Shown: positions 1 through 12,681 of the stretch, in pieces
Layout of the letters: every line of letters starts with the position of its first letter
Numbering within the stretch: position 1 is the first letter of the stretch
Assembly (NCBI GenBank): GCA_038496445.1
Contig: JALMLS010000255.1
Coordinates: forward strand, 1-64,000
DNA: 64,000 nucleotides
Reading direction: 5' to 3'
DNA from: Trichosphaerium sp. ATCC 40318
Lineage: Eukaryota > Protista > Tubulinea
Position numbers and translations under genes: made by a program
Notes under the pieces: model-generated
Database searches by the model: none
Told to the model about the DNA's origin: nothing
The model's input: only the letters and a program-made list of their open reading frames with translations

Positions 1-342
1 TGAATACCACTCTTTATACTCTCCTTCAAGCTCACCATTGACATAGTTACATTTTAATGTCAATGTGTCACGCCACGACTTGGATTCTCCATGTTTTTTA
101 CCACGTGCCCAGTTTACAATACTAAATTGTTCGACTTGCGATTTGCTATACCGTGGTATAATCTCTATTCGTTTCCATTTACCGCTCTTATTAAGCTCAC
201 TATCAAATCTTGTTGTAGTTGCAGCGTGTTTAGACAAGATAGGCCACTTTTTGTACACTTCGAGGTCCAAATCGATAATATCAAGCTGTATCTCTACCGG
301 TAGGCATGATAGTATGCTATCAAGTGATTCTGGAGCGTTCAT
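1..342 (-). CDS. F-box-like + MORN-variant (YwqK-like) repeat protein, 5' part, intact frame, runs off window
   Basis: ATG at 342: MNAPESLDSILSCLPVEIQLDIIDLDLEVYKKWPILSKHAATT...CNYVNGELEGEYKEWYS; no introns in the visible part. Confidence 0.8.
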   Translation of the reverse strand, partial: MNAPESLDSILSCLPVEIQLDIIDLDLEVYKKWPILSKHAATTTRFDSELNKSGKWKRIEIIPRYSKSQVEQFSIVNWARGKKHGESKSWRDTLTLKCNYVNGELEGEYKEWYS

Positions 343-594
343 ATCCTCGTATCGGTGTTTTAATGTTCAAAAACGATATGTCGCTTGAGAGGAGTGTTGT
401 GGCTTAGAATTTTGTATTCAGGCTTACTCCTAGCCGTGTTTGTTCAGTTCAGTTAATTCTGGTACCAGTCAAATAATTGTGTAACACAAAAAATGGACAA
501 AAAGTTTGATTGGCATAAAACGTTCGTTTCCCGTACAAAGCATGAAGGTAAAAGGCTAGAAAACGTTTATTCTAGCCTGTAAACTTTTTGTTGA

Positions 595-1666
595 TTAATT
601 AGGTACAACAATCGAAGCTCTTTGATTATACGGGTTAAGATGTGGATGCTTAAACCAACACTTGTCATCAATATGTCCAATCTTTTTACAGTGATTACAA
701 CGCTTTGTATCAATGTATGTTGGAGTATTAGTTTCGTATTGACCATCTATAGGGTAAGCCAAAGAGTCATTTATAACCATCAAACATCCATCACACATCA
801 TGCGTACTAGATAGACTGTAAACAAAACCAACAACAAACGAGAAAAAAATAAGAAAAAAATAATAAGTGCCGCACGTGCTATCCTTGCAATGTTCCTTGC
901 GTCATCGATTCCTAAAGTAATTTTTTAATGGCAATCCAAATTATTGGTTGTTATAAAGGAACCTGAATGCGGGCTTCCTTGAAACTGCATGCCAAAATCT
1001 CCAAGCATTCTTTCGATGTTACCACGTTTCTTGTTATAGAATGAAGCATTCAACCATCTAATGTTAACCCAACTATCACAATATGAAGGCTTCTTTATAT
1101 TCTTTAATTTACACTCCCTATCCAAGAACCTCCTTAAATCCCATGGCCTAAAAAGTGATCAACTTCAAACAAGATAAACATCAGCAATTTTTTTGAACAA
1201 CCAGAAGATTATCATCTTTTTCATTCATACCCGTCTGTTATGAACGCCCATGAACCTGGAAATTTTTCACGTGTTAGCGTTAACGGAATCATCTGTAAAA
1301 TTGCTAACCCGGAATATGTTTGGCCTGCCACGCATCAAAAAGGTCAACTGCTTCCGATAGAGTTACTCCTTTGTCAACTTGGTCCTTTGGGAACCATTAA
1401 CGGTTTCGTTCGTATTTATGCAAGTTATTACGCACCTGTGTAATGCCTGTAAGCTCTGTACAAAATTCTGTGAGCTTAGGATTTATATTTGGTTTTACAA
1501 ACACTCTGAAGCTTTCAGGCAATACACGGTAATTAGCGGCGTCTATTACAACTACTGGGAACTCTATTATTTCATTTTGGTATGAACGTGGAAAATAACG
1601 CTCGCAAGTAGCTTCAAAGTCAAGAACACAATAGTACTGGTACGGTTGTACTACATGGAACGACAT
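595..1666 (-). CDS. ERI1-family DEDDh 3'-5' exoribonuclease with C-terminal CCHC zinc knuckle (copy 1)
   Basis: VLDFEATCE, EIIEFP, FCTELTGITQ, TDGPWDL, HSGIDDARNIA motifs across 5 GT-AG introns; C-terminal CNHCKKIGHIDDKC. Confidence 0.92.
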
Positions 1667-2119
1667 TTCAACTTTAGTGGCTAAGGCATAGCTGATAGTT
1701 TCACTGAAGTGCTGTCGTACGTTTAGCCAGAGCAACTCTGCCGCGTATAAATTGCCCAATACTACGCGTCACATGCACGAGCACCTCTGGCCGGTATAAC
1801 TGAGTACTTTAGTTGCCAGTTGTCATATTTGTACCACGAAAAAGTTTCACATGAACCGGTACAACTTGCAATATAAAACATGGGTTCGCGTATTTATCAC
1901 AAAAAAAGTACAACGTGGTTAATTCCATTCACTTAAGTTGTAATCTATGGCAGCTTAAGGCTTTTTTTCATTCCGACCTCATCAACGAATCCACAGGTGC
2001 GTTGTGGTTTAATTTATGAAAGTATTAGCTACTTCGAAGCTTATAAATGGATCGTCTTGCTCTATTTTATCCTTACCGTACTCATAGGTGGCTTACTTAT
2101 ACACCAACGGCAAACTTTG

Positions 2120-3817
2120 ATGAAAATGACTGATTTTACCTCCACCAACAAGATTAAATGCAAAGCTTACTTCCACGACGACATTAGAGTATTTTACTTC
2201 CCTCGCGACTCCTTCGATGCACTTCGAAATAATATTCTCGAAGCGTACGGCTTATACGGGCAAGACATCCGTATAAAATATGAGGATGACGAACAGGAGA
2301 AAGTAACGATGGTGTGGTGCGTATAAACCAGATTTCTACCACTTTCCCCCGTTCTGATCTCCTAACAACCCTCATAGCCTCACAGATCTTCACATTGCGT
2401 TGAGTCATAAAAAACCTCTTCGTGTTTGGGTTTATTGTGGCACAAGCTCGTCGAATACTCTACAACAGAAGGATAACAATGCTCTTTCTAGGAAGGCAGT
2501 AGAAAGCTTAATTGCAGCTGATACGGTAGAATCTACCGTTTCGGAAAAACGGCACACTCCAAAACCCAAAAGCCCGCTCATCAAGTACGTATAGAACCCG
2601 TAAACAACCAACACGCTATAAAACCAAGTTTTCTCTACGAATTCCACGCGCCTTTTTATTTTTTTCTGTCAACATCTATAGACCTCATATCCTTACCATT
2701 GTATCTCTATAGGCAAGAGAAACAACGCTTACATGTCCAAATGAAAAAAGAAAGCGTTGGAAAAAAGCCCAACAAAAAACTCTTGCAGAAACGAGTAGTA
2801 TTGGCTGAATTAGCCTCTCGTGGTATTTTGAGTGGTAAGGGATGTGTTAATGTACAAAGAGGTAAAAAAGGCCGCGGAGGTTGGATAAACCGCGGAAATA
2901 ATATAAAAGCTTCGTCCTTTGGTGGTTCAGGGTCAAAGCATGGTTTTGGGGCGCGATTAGTTGCGCATGCAACCATACAGAATAATACTGAGATTTCTGC
3001 TGGATGCGATTTTGTTAAGACCTGGAAGGTCCAAAACATTTGCTCAAAGAGTTGGCCACAAGGTACACAAAAAAATTGCAAATTGCAATTTTTTCTTTTA
3101 CAACAGACACGTGAATGTGATTGTTATTGTCAAAAAAGATCGTTGGAGTTTTCAACAAAAACGTGCACAGATAGTTCAATTGTTTTTTGAATTTTTTTTT
3201 TTGGATTTTTTTGACTTGGGATTTTTTAGGCACAACACTGTTACTTGTTAGCAGTTATAATAATTTATCTGCTCCTCAGGAGATCCCTCTTTTAAGGAGG
3301 TTAATCCTGGGCAGGAAATCTTAGTCAGCGTTAACCTACGCGCGCCAGAGGGTACGTTTTTAGACCGCGGTCAAAAAGTTGAGCCGAAACAGCCTTTTCA
3401 CTGAAAAATTGTTGTTGGCGTGCGCCTTACATTCATGGGTTTCTTTTGCCCGTTGGAGCGTGTATTTTTTTGTATGCAAGTTGTTAACTTCTCCTTGTAG
3501 TACCTGGTACCTATAATGCGTTCTTTCGCCTTTCGGGTAATGGAAGCAGATTTGGGCCGCGCCTTGGTGTTAAAATAATAAGCGTCGGTAACGATGCTGA
3601 CGAGATGACAGAATCATTCTCTAGTGATTATGAGGTTGAGGATTATTGTAATAATGGATTCTCTTATCCTTTTTACGCTCGAGAAATGGAACAACTTTAT
3701 GAAATGGGTTTTCAAAAGAACAAAGAGACCCTTAATCTTCTTACAAAGCATGGTGGTAATGTAAACTTGGTTGTGCGTAATTTTTTTAATCAAAGAAGCT
3801 CAATGATGGTTATGTAA
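2120..3817 (+). CDS. NBR1-like selective autophagy receptor (PB1 - FW/NBR1-like - UBA), copy 1; 1-nt frameshift near 3295
   Basis: PB1 (IKCKAYFHDDIRVF...IKYEDDEQEKVTM), FW domain (FVKTWKVQN...WPQGT...SVNLRAPE...FGPRL), UBA (QLYEMGF...LLTKHGGNVNLVV). Reads aaggagg where copy 2 has aagggagg. Confidence 0.85.
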
Positions 3818-3917
3818 CAATGATACACTGTGTTGTAAATAAAATAAAAAATCTGAAAAAAATCCAAACTACACAACTAGTAACTCTTCTCGGACAATCA
3901 CTTTATATTGCCGTAGT

Positions 3918-4330
3918 AAAGGTGGTCATAGTCCTGTCACAACTAAACCAAAAAGTATTATCCTTTGGCAAAGAAACTGGGACCGATTTTTTGTGATTTT
4001 AACGCAAAATTATATGTCACATTTTGAACAACTATGGAAGTAGTATTGACACTATCTGCTTCTTTTTGTTTTGTCTGCTATAACCGGTATATAGCCACTA
4101 AGTATCACGTCTGACAAAGTAGAGGGTTCCGTGGGTGTTCATGATTGAGGGTGCGGAAGATCAGCATTTTTTTTTATGAAAGCGAAATAGGGTAGAAGAT
4201 AAAGAATTCGAACAGGATAGATTAGTACATCTGACCATAATGCATCATGCATTTTGAAAATGGTACAATGTGAATTACCAAGATAGCGTTTATTCCATGA
4301 TTTATTTTATAAGAGCACTTTGAAACGTAA
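3918..4330 (+). pseudogene. Decayed PH-domain-like gene fragment (mirror copy about 13200-13610, - strand)
   Basis: KGGHS...WQRNWDRFFVILTQNYMSHFEQ, KVEGSVGVHD and YFIRA resemble PH-domain strands; interrupted by stops that differ between the two arms. Confidence 0.35.
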
Positions 4331-4867
4331 GTTCTGTCAACCGGTTTTTCATGAAAAATGCGTTGTATTGTACAAGGCTCTACAGTTTTTACTGCCATTC
4401 AGGTTATGTATGTAGGTTACGATTTAGTTTGTTTTGATCTAGCGAAGGTTCTCCTTCGGAGATGTATTGTCTTTGATCAGAAAAAAACTGTCATTTGGGT
4501 TTTTCGGACCATTTGGCTAGCATTTGTTTGTCTGCATTTATTTTCGCTTGAAACAACGTTATTGGAAGTAAAATGACTGTTAAGTACTCAGATTTTACTT
4601 GCTTGCACGTGCTCAAAGCAACTCACAATAACTAATAGTAAACTCACTAACAAGGTGAGTGAGGAAAATAGACCAATGCATACAAGACAGTGAATCTACG
4701 TGAACGTCGTTCTGACAAGGATTTAAACACCTCACCGAAAACAGAATAGTAATTTAGAAACAACATTTCGAGAATTTACTTTGTGTTGTTTACACGTGAT
4801 TAATAAAAAAATGGCAAGTGTTTACCATTTTAAATTTTATTTGAACATCAGAAATAGAGATCTTTTT

Positions 4868-5782
4868 TTACTCCTTCAATTCACCGCAATCATCGATAGT
4901 AATGGTTTTTTTAGTCTTACCATGTTTGCTTCCAAGTCTATAAAGGAAAAATCGTTAATTAAACGAACCTCAAAACAGCAGTACGCTGCAAAAGAAAGAA
5001 GAAACAAAAAAAAACCAAAAAAAACCGTCCAAACTGGATCTTTTTTTTTTCTCATCTCAGCGTGTCAATGAGGATCACGTACTTTTCGATGGCTTCTACA
5101 ACCTCCATGCCCTTCGTTACTTTACCAAAAACAACGTGTTTCCCATCAAGCCATTCAGTCTTAACAGTACAGATAAAGAACTGAGATCCGTTGGTGTTAG
5201 GTCCAGCGTTAGCCATAGATAGTGTTCCTGGTCCTGTATGCGTCAATTCAAAGTTCTCATCTTCGAACTTGTTGCCGTAGATGGATACACCGCCTAGGGA
5301 GGGTATTTTAGAGTTTTGGAGACATGGAAACATTTTTTTGTTTAAATATCAGTATTAGTCGTTATTTACCGGTGCCGTTGCCTTTGGTGAAGTCACCACC
5401 TTGTAACATAAACTGTGGGATAACCTAAAGGGAGTTTTAGATAAATCTTGATAAGATTAATTTCTTACACGATGAAACTTGGATCCCTTGTAGTGTAGCT
5501 TCTTGCCGCTCTTTGTGACACCCTTTTCGCCTGTTGTAAAAAAAATTAGAACGTAAAGATACAAAAAGACATCACAAACGCGATCGGAAGGTACAAGTAA
5601 CGTACCGGTGCATAGGCAGCGGAAATTTTCAGCAGTCTTTGGAACAACGTCGGCAAACAACTATAAAACGTTGTAAATCATGATTATAGCGTTGTTTATG
5701 AACTTACTTCCATCTCGATTCTGCCTAGGGCTTTTCGGCCGACTTTAACATCAAAAAATACCTTTGGATTAGATTCTGCCAT
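4868..5782 (-). CDS. Cyclophilin A-type peptidyl-prolyl isomerase (copy 1)
   Basis: Six exons splice to [12 protein letters not shown]...[17 protein letters not shown]...[16 protein letters not shown]...[18 protein letters not shown]...[10 protein letters not shown]...IDDCGELKE*. Confidence 0.97.
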
Positions 5783-6855
5783 TGTGTGAAGGACTGAAAT
5801 ACGAAAATAAGATCGTTGACGTCAACAAGCTGATTTTGTTGCCATTTTTTTTTCTCACCAGAAAATCTCCGTCAAGGCAAGATGCTTCACTCACGCTGTG
5901 ACAACAACATCACTTCAACAGTATAACAATACTCAATCAAAAATTAACCCGATAGTGTCCAACCACTGTGAAGGATTTTTGTAACTACCCGCACGTGATT
6001 TAGCTTCCATGTATTCTAAGAATTTTAAAGGTGCAAGTTTCAATTTATTTACATAACACCAACTAGACCTCCTGTGGCAATACCTCTTGCAACGTTAACA
6101 ACAAGTGAAGATATAGCAATTTCTACAAGGTTGTTAGTAAAGGCACAAGTTCTCTTGGGTTTTAAACTCGTCTACTAACGCCTATGAATCCAAGAGCGTG
6201 AATATGCAACTTAGTTTTATGATAATTTATGCAATATGGTAGCGGATTGTTAGCACTCACCCGTTGTGAGGTACATAACTGGTTTGGAATAGATAACGTT
6301 CTCGTGACATTGTACTTTTTAATGCTAATACATACGACGTTTAGGTTAGCACGTGGAGTAGATCCTGTGCAGCGAGGGAATTGTAAGTTACAATGTATGC
6401 AAAATCTGAAAAAAAGTGAGTTTTCTGGACACCTGAAAGAAAATGCGAAATATACCTCCCTGTTTTCTGAACTACCACAAAAAATATTTGGTTTACTACT
6501 TTGATTAGATAGATCATAGGAAGCCCTAATACGGTTTTACATACAAACCATAGGTACCACTTTTTTTTTGTTTTCAAACGTCACGGACTTAAAACTTAAC
6601 AGATTGTCAATTCTAGTGGGGAGCGGCTACTAAACAAACACAGCCTTCCGTATTAAACCTTGAAACCTACTATGTTTAAATTCAATATAAAGAAAAAAAC
6701 AAAGTCAAGGATGGAAGCGGTAGGACTGTGTGGCCATGGATACGTGATTCTTCGAATTTCAATGCGGTGTTATTGTCACCAAGATTGAAAACGTTAATCC
6801 GTTTCAATGTTTCTCGAGGAAGAGTACAGCAACGAGGTAGTCTTAGAAGTGCATG

Positions 6856-7233
6856 GGCATTTTCAAGACGACAAAATGAAAGACCTCTCCTTCCTCTTGG
6901 CCAATCACTAAATCTTTCCAAAGAGGACTGTGGGGCTCCGAATGGAGTCAATCTGCGGTTCCAATACCCACATCAAGCTTGCGTGGCCTGACACGCCTAG
7001 TGTGGAATCACATTAGGCATAAACCCAGCGCAAGACAAAATACACGTGCCGCGATCTCCCCTTTTTTGTTTTGGTACCGATTCAATTCTACAAGGGCATT
7101 CTCAAGACGACAAAATGAAAGACCAATACCCACATCAAGCTTGCGGGGCCTGACACGCCTAGTGTGGAATCACATTAGGTATTAACCCAGCGCAAGACAA
7201 AAATACACGTGCCGCGATCTCCCCTTTTTTGTT
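6856..7233. repeat. Local direct duplications: about 110 bp (6961-7070 / 7122-7233) and 31 bp (6856-6884 / 7094-7123); mirrored at 10326-10703
   Basis: ccaatacccacatcaagcttgcg...gccgcgatctcccctttttt occurs twice; gggcatt(t/c)tcaagacgacaaaatgaaagacc occurs twice. Confidence 0.9.
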
Positions 7234-8389
7234 GCAAAAGAAAAATACTATGGTGTTATTTTTACCATGTGATTTCTCACCAACAAATAGCGGTACATTG
7301 TCTTTGTTACCTTGACGGAAGAAGACAGTTAGTTTTGTTTATACAGTTCTCATTGTTTGTGTAGCTTTTGTAAGCGAACTTCCACTCAATGCTGAAGATA
7401 TAGACAGATACCTAATATAATTCAGATCAGGCACTGCATTACAAATCACTGTTATATTTATATTACTGTTGCTGGAAAATGGAGGAAAGGAATTAGAATC
7501 AATTGTTGAGCATAAATTAAAAAGTAAGAAGTTTGAGTTTTCAAAATCGTTTTCATAAACGCCTTAAAGTGTCATGCTACCGAACAAACATAAAGATGTT
7601 AAATAACAATAATAAAACCAGTTAATGTTTGGTGAACAAACAAAAAAACAAAACAGACTATAAATAGGTGGCTTTTTCTTGTGTTGTTTTTCCATACAAG
7701 AATTTGCTAGACTGAAAAGTCAGTACTTAATTGTTTCAGAATTTTTATGAGCTGTTCAGTGTCGGCATTTGTAACTAATGATATTTTCCCCTTAACAGCC
7801 AGCACAACTGCTTCATAAAGGAAGAGATACGACTTTTTATATCCAAAAGCAGCTTCTCCAACAGCAATCATTAGTTTTAGATGTTTAACGTTCAATAAAT
7901 AAAGTTCGTATTTATACCAAAATAGAGCCGTGCCAGGTCCGCAAACTTTTTGGAAATTATTTTTTGTCCAAAGGTAGAGATGACATCTACATTATCTTGA
8001 TTTAGCTACAGGAGAAAAGTACAAGCTAAACCATAGTGGAAAGTTACGCTGTCTTTAAACAACCGAAAGCACAAACACAAACACTCAGTGTGCTATGATC
8101 TACCTTAATTTCTACTCTTCGGCATAAGAAAGTGCTAACTTTTTTTTCAAGGAAGACAAGGGTGATGGAGAAGTGTACACATATATACCTTACCTTCAAG
8201 AACGTGACTATCATTTGCACTGAACTACTTGTTTGTATTAGTGCGTAATCGTCACAAGATAGACAGTAGTAGAATTGGCTGGTTGTACATTGAAACATAA
8301 ACAAAGCTGTGGTACACAAAAGCTGTCAAGTACGTTTATTCAATGACTACTGAGGGTTTTTTTACGCCATTACCTTTACGAGAGTAGAT

Positions 8390-9464
8390 TTAGACGCATT
8401 TTCTATGGATAAGAGATGCACCACACTCGTCATATTCTTCTTTTCTTATACACATATCACCAAAAGTAGGAAGGTCAGCAAGGATAGATCCTCCAATCCA
8501 AGCTGAATGTTTTCTCTCTGGTGGAGCAACAATCTTTACCTTGACATCAGAAGGAGAAGCCATAGTATATAACTCCTTATGTAAACGCTGATCAATACCT
8601 TCAAACATTGTGTTTCCACCAGATAGTATAACATTACCATACATCTGCCTACGTATATCAGAGTCACACATCATAATTGACTTGTTTATCAGTTCATGTA
8701 TTCCACGTGATTCTAATCCAATCAAAGAAGGGTTGAACAGAGCTTCTTTAATGTCACACAATATCAAGTTTTTGTTCCGTTTTGAAAGAGCCACCATTTT
8801 CATTGAGCATCGTCCTTAAGTATTTTTCTAGATCATAACCACCCATGGATACATGTGATATACCATGAGTAACAGCGTATCCTTCGTATATTGGTACAGC
8901 ATGGGTACACCAAAGCCAGAATCGAGAACAATACCTCCAACAAAAAGTCAACAAAAAAACTTTGGGTTATCGATACAATCAGAAGCTTGTACTGTTGCAT
9001 ACCAGTTGTTCGTCCAGAAGCGAATAAAGAGAGTACTTCAGATGTTAATAAGTACATTGCAGGTGTTTTAAAAGTCTCAAACATGATTTCAGTCATTTTC
9101 TCTCTGATTAAAGCAAGTCAGAAAAAAGTGAAGAAAAAGCAGAAAAATTGTACCTGCTAGATTTTGGATTTAGTGGGATTCAGTGAGGAGAACAGGGTGA
9201 TCCTCTGGCTTAGCACGTAGTTCGTTTTTGAAGGTATGGTTCCACGTCCTTTGCATTTCATCCATGTCGGTTACAACGCCATGATTTATTGGCCTTGTCA
9301 ATACCGTTTTACCATGTGTAGATTGTGCTTCGTAGCCAATGAACGCGCTGCCAGTGGTATCTGACGGATAGCGACCTACAACTGATGGAAAGACAGCTCG
9401 CGGAGCATCTTCTCCTGAGAAACCGGCTTTTATCATCCCAGATCCATTATCTATAATGATAGCT
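8390..9464 (-). pseudogene. Divergent actin, frameshifted and with a roughly 45-codon internal deletion; sits in the inverted-repeat spacer
   Basis: [80 protein letters not shown]. Frame breaks near 9175, 8908 and 8757; DIKE joins directly to ALFNPS. First exon unresolved. Confidence 0.85.
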
Positions 9465-10499
9465 ATTGCGTGAAGTATTTAGAGCGAATAACGAAGAAAA
9501 ATAAGCCGGTATTTAATTTAACTCCTTTTAAATTTGATCAAAGTGCTATTTTACGCGTTAAAACGTATTTGACATGCAATAGAGACAGCTTTGATGTTGT
9601 TCTAAAAAAAAACACAAAAAACAATCATTTCTTCATTTTGTGGCGTACTTGTACATTTCATGTTTATAAAAAACTGCTGTTTACTGTTGGAGTAGCTGCT
9701 TTTTGGATATAAAAAAGTCGTATCTCTTCCTTTATGAAGCAGTTGTGCTGGCTGTTAAGGGGAAAATATCATTAGTTACAATGCCGACACTGAACAGCTC
9801 ATAAAAATTCTGAAACAATTAAGTACGTGACTTTTCAGTCTAGCAAATTCTTGTACATGGAAAAACAACACAAGAAAAAGCCACCTATTTATAGTCTGTT
9901 TTGTATGTTTGTTTGTTCACCAAACATTAACTGGCTTTATTAGGTTGTTATTTAACATCTTTATGTTTGTTCGGTAGCATGACACTTTAAGGCGTTTATG
10001 AAAACGATTTTGAAAACACTCAAACTTCTTACTTTTTAATTTATGATACTCAACAATTGATTCTAATTCCTTTCCTCCATTTTCCAGCAACAGTAATATA
10101 AATATAACAGTGATTTGTAATGCAGTGCCTGATCTGAATTATATTAGGTATCTGTCTATATCTTCAGCATTGAGCGGAAGTTCGCTTACAAAAGCTACAC
10201 AAACAATGAGAACTGTATAAACAAAACTAACTGTCTTCTTCCGTCAAGGTAACAAAGACAATGTACCGCTATTTGTTGGTGAGAAATCACATGGTAAAAA
10301 TAACACCATAGTATTTTTCTTTTGCAACAAAAAAGGGGAGATCGCGGCACGTGTATTTTTGTCTTGCGCTGGGTTAATACCTAATGTGATTCCACACTAG
10401 GCGTGTCAGGCCCCGCAAGCTTGATGTGGGTATTGGTCTTTCATTTTGTCGTCTTGAGAATGCCCTTGTAGAATTGAATCGGTACCAAAACAAAAAAGG

Positions 10500-10877
10500 G
10501 GAGATCGCGGCACGTGTATTTTGTCTTGCGCTGGGTTTATGCCTAATGTGATTCCACACTAGGCGTGTCAGGCCACGCAAGCTTGATGTGGGTATTGGAA
10601 CCGCAGATTGACTCCATTCGGAGCCCCACAGTCCTCTTTGGAAAGATTTAGTGATTGGCCAAGAGGAAGGAGAGGTCTTTCATTTTGTCGTCTTGAAAAT
10701 GCCCATGCACTTCTAAGACTACCTCGTTGCTGTACTCTTCCTCGAGAAACATTGAAACGGATTAACGTTTTCAATCTTGGTGACAATAACACCGCATTGA
10801 AATTCGAAGAATCACGTATCCATGGCCACACAGTCCTACCGCTTCCATCCTTGACTTTGTTTTTTTCTTTATATTGA
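10500..10877 (+). pseudogene. Intronless decayed reading frame, possibly the C-terminus of an NCLDV-type major capsid protein (mirror 6682-7059, - strand)
   Basis: One frame with two stops (TAG 10560, TGA 10584): ...FMPNVIPH*ACQATQA*CGYW...TPFG...GLSFCRLENAHALLRL...RINVFNLGDNNTALKF. Resemblance judged by eye only. Confidence 0.25.
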
Positions 10878-11776
10878 ATTTAAACATAGTAGGTTTCAAG
10901 GTTTAATACGGAAGGCTGTGTTTGTTTAGTAGCCGCTCCCCACTAGAATTGACAATCTGTTAAGTTTTAAGTCCGTGACGTTTGAAAACAAAAAAAAAGT
11001 GGTACCTATGGTTTGTATGTAAAACCGTATTAGGGCTTCCTATGATCTATCTAATCAAAGTAGTAAACCAAATATTTTTTGTGGTAGTTCAGAAAACAGG
11101 GAGGTATATTTCGCATTTTCTTTCAGGTGTCCAGAAAACTCACTTTTTTTCAGATTTTACATACATTGTAACTTACAATTCCCTCGCTGCACAGGATCTA
11201 CTCCACGTGCTAACCTAAACGTCGTATGTATTAGCATTAAAAAGTACAATGTCACGAGAACGTTATCTATTCCAAACCAGTTATGTACCTCACAACGGGT
11301 GAGTGCTAACAATCCGCTACCATATTGCATAAATTATCATAAAACTAAGTTGCATATTCACGCTCTTGGATTCATAGGCGTTAGTAGACGAGTTTAAAAC
11401 CCAAGAGAACTTGTGCCTTTACTAACAACCTTGTAGAAATTGCTATATCTTCACTTGTTGTTAACGTTGCAAGAGGTATTGCCACAGGAGGTCTAGTTGG
11501 TGTTATGTAAATAAATTGAAACTTGCACCTTTAAAATTCTTAGAATACATGGAAGCTAAATCACGTGCGGGTAGTTACAAAAATCCTTCACAGTGGTTGG
11601 ACACTATCGGGTTAATTTTTGATTGAGTATTGTTATACTGTTGAAGTGATGTTGTTGTCACAGCGTGAGTGAAGCATCTTGCCTTGACGGAGATTTTCTG
11701 GTGAGAAAAAAAAATGGCAACAAAATCAGCTTGTTGACGTCAACGATCTTATTTTCGTATTTCAGTCCTTCACACA

Positions 11777-12681
11777 ATGGCAGAATCTAATCCAAAGGTA
11801 TTTTTTGATGTTAAAGTCGGCCGAAAAGCCCTAGGCAGAATCGAGATGGAAGTAAGTTCATAAACAACGCTATAATCATGATTTACAACGTTTTATAGTT
11901 GTTTGCCGACGTTGTTCCAAAGACTGCTGAAAATTTCCGCTGCCTATGCACCGGTACGTTACTTGTACCTTCCGATCGCGTTTGTGATGTCTTTTTGTAT
12001 CTTTACGTTCTAATTTTTTTTACAACAGGCGAAAAGGGTGTCACAAAGAGCGGCAAGAAGCTACACTACAAGGGATCCAAGTTTCATCGTGTAAGAAATT
12101 AATCTTATCAAGATTTATCTAAAACTCCCTTTAGGTTATCCCACAGTTTATGTTACAAGGTGGTGACTTCACCAAAGGCAACGGCACCGGTAAATAACGA
12201 CTAATACTGATATTTAAACAAAAAAATGTTTCCATGTCTCCAAAACTCTAAAATACCCTCCCTAGGCGGTGTATCCATCTACGGCAACAAGTTCGAAGAT
12301 GAGAACTTTGAATTGACGCATACAGGACCAGGAACACTATCTATGGCTAACGCTGGACCTAACACCAACGGATCTCAGTTCTTTATCTGTACTGTTAAGA
12401 CTGAATGGCTTGATGGGAAACACGTTGTTTTTGGTAAAGTAACGAAGGGCATGGAGGTTGTAGAAGCCATCGAAAAGTACGTGATCCTCATTGACACGCT
12501 GAGATGAGAAAAAAAAAGATCCAGACGGTTTTTTTTTTTTTTTTTTTCTTCTTTCTTTTGCAGCGTACTGCTGTTTTGAGGTTCGTTTAATTAACGATTT
12601 TTCCTTTATAGACTTGGAAGCAAACATGGTAAGACTAAAAAAACCATTACTATCGATGATTGCGGTGAATTGAAGGAGTAA
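11777..12681 (+). CDS. Cyclophilin A-type peptidyl-prolyl isomerase (copy 2)
   Basis: Same six-exon structure as copy 1; five GT-AG introns read directly. Confidence 0.97.

Larger units (their letters stand above)
1..7864. repeat. Left arm of a >=7.8 kb inverted duplication (continues beyond window start)
   Basis: Reverse complement of 1-50 equals 17441-17490. Mirrored ORF pairs throughout (e.g. 6682-6951 vs 10608-10877, 595-837 vs 16688-16930). Similarity ends at about 7864/9684. Confidence 0.97.

Noticed and set aside
3290-3300. Frameshift in NBR1-like copy 1 as evidence of pseudogenisation
   Set aside because: It is a single-G difference in a short homopolymer; similar losses occur at 9175 and 55942, so a long-read consensus error is equally likely.
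5880-6560. Exon-like pieces with splice-like boundaries, including ccc|gcacgtg at 5991
   Set aside because: Stops in every candidate frame and no recognisable family, so not counted as a gene or a GC-AG intron.
6856-7233. Direct repeats as a CRISPR array or LTR pair
   Set aside because: Only two copies of each unit, no regular spacers, no cas or retroelement ORFs, eukaryotic context.
11777-12681. Minor (U12) or introner-type introns
   Set aside because: Donors are U2-type (gtaag, gtacg, gtatg, gtgcg); I saw no RTATCCTT donors and no shared sequence among introns of non-paralogous genes.
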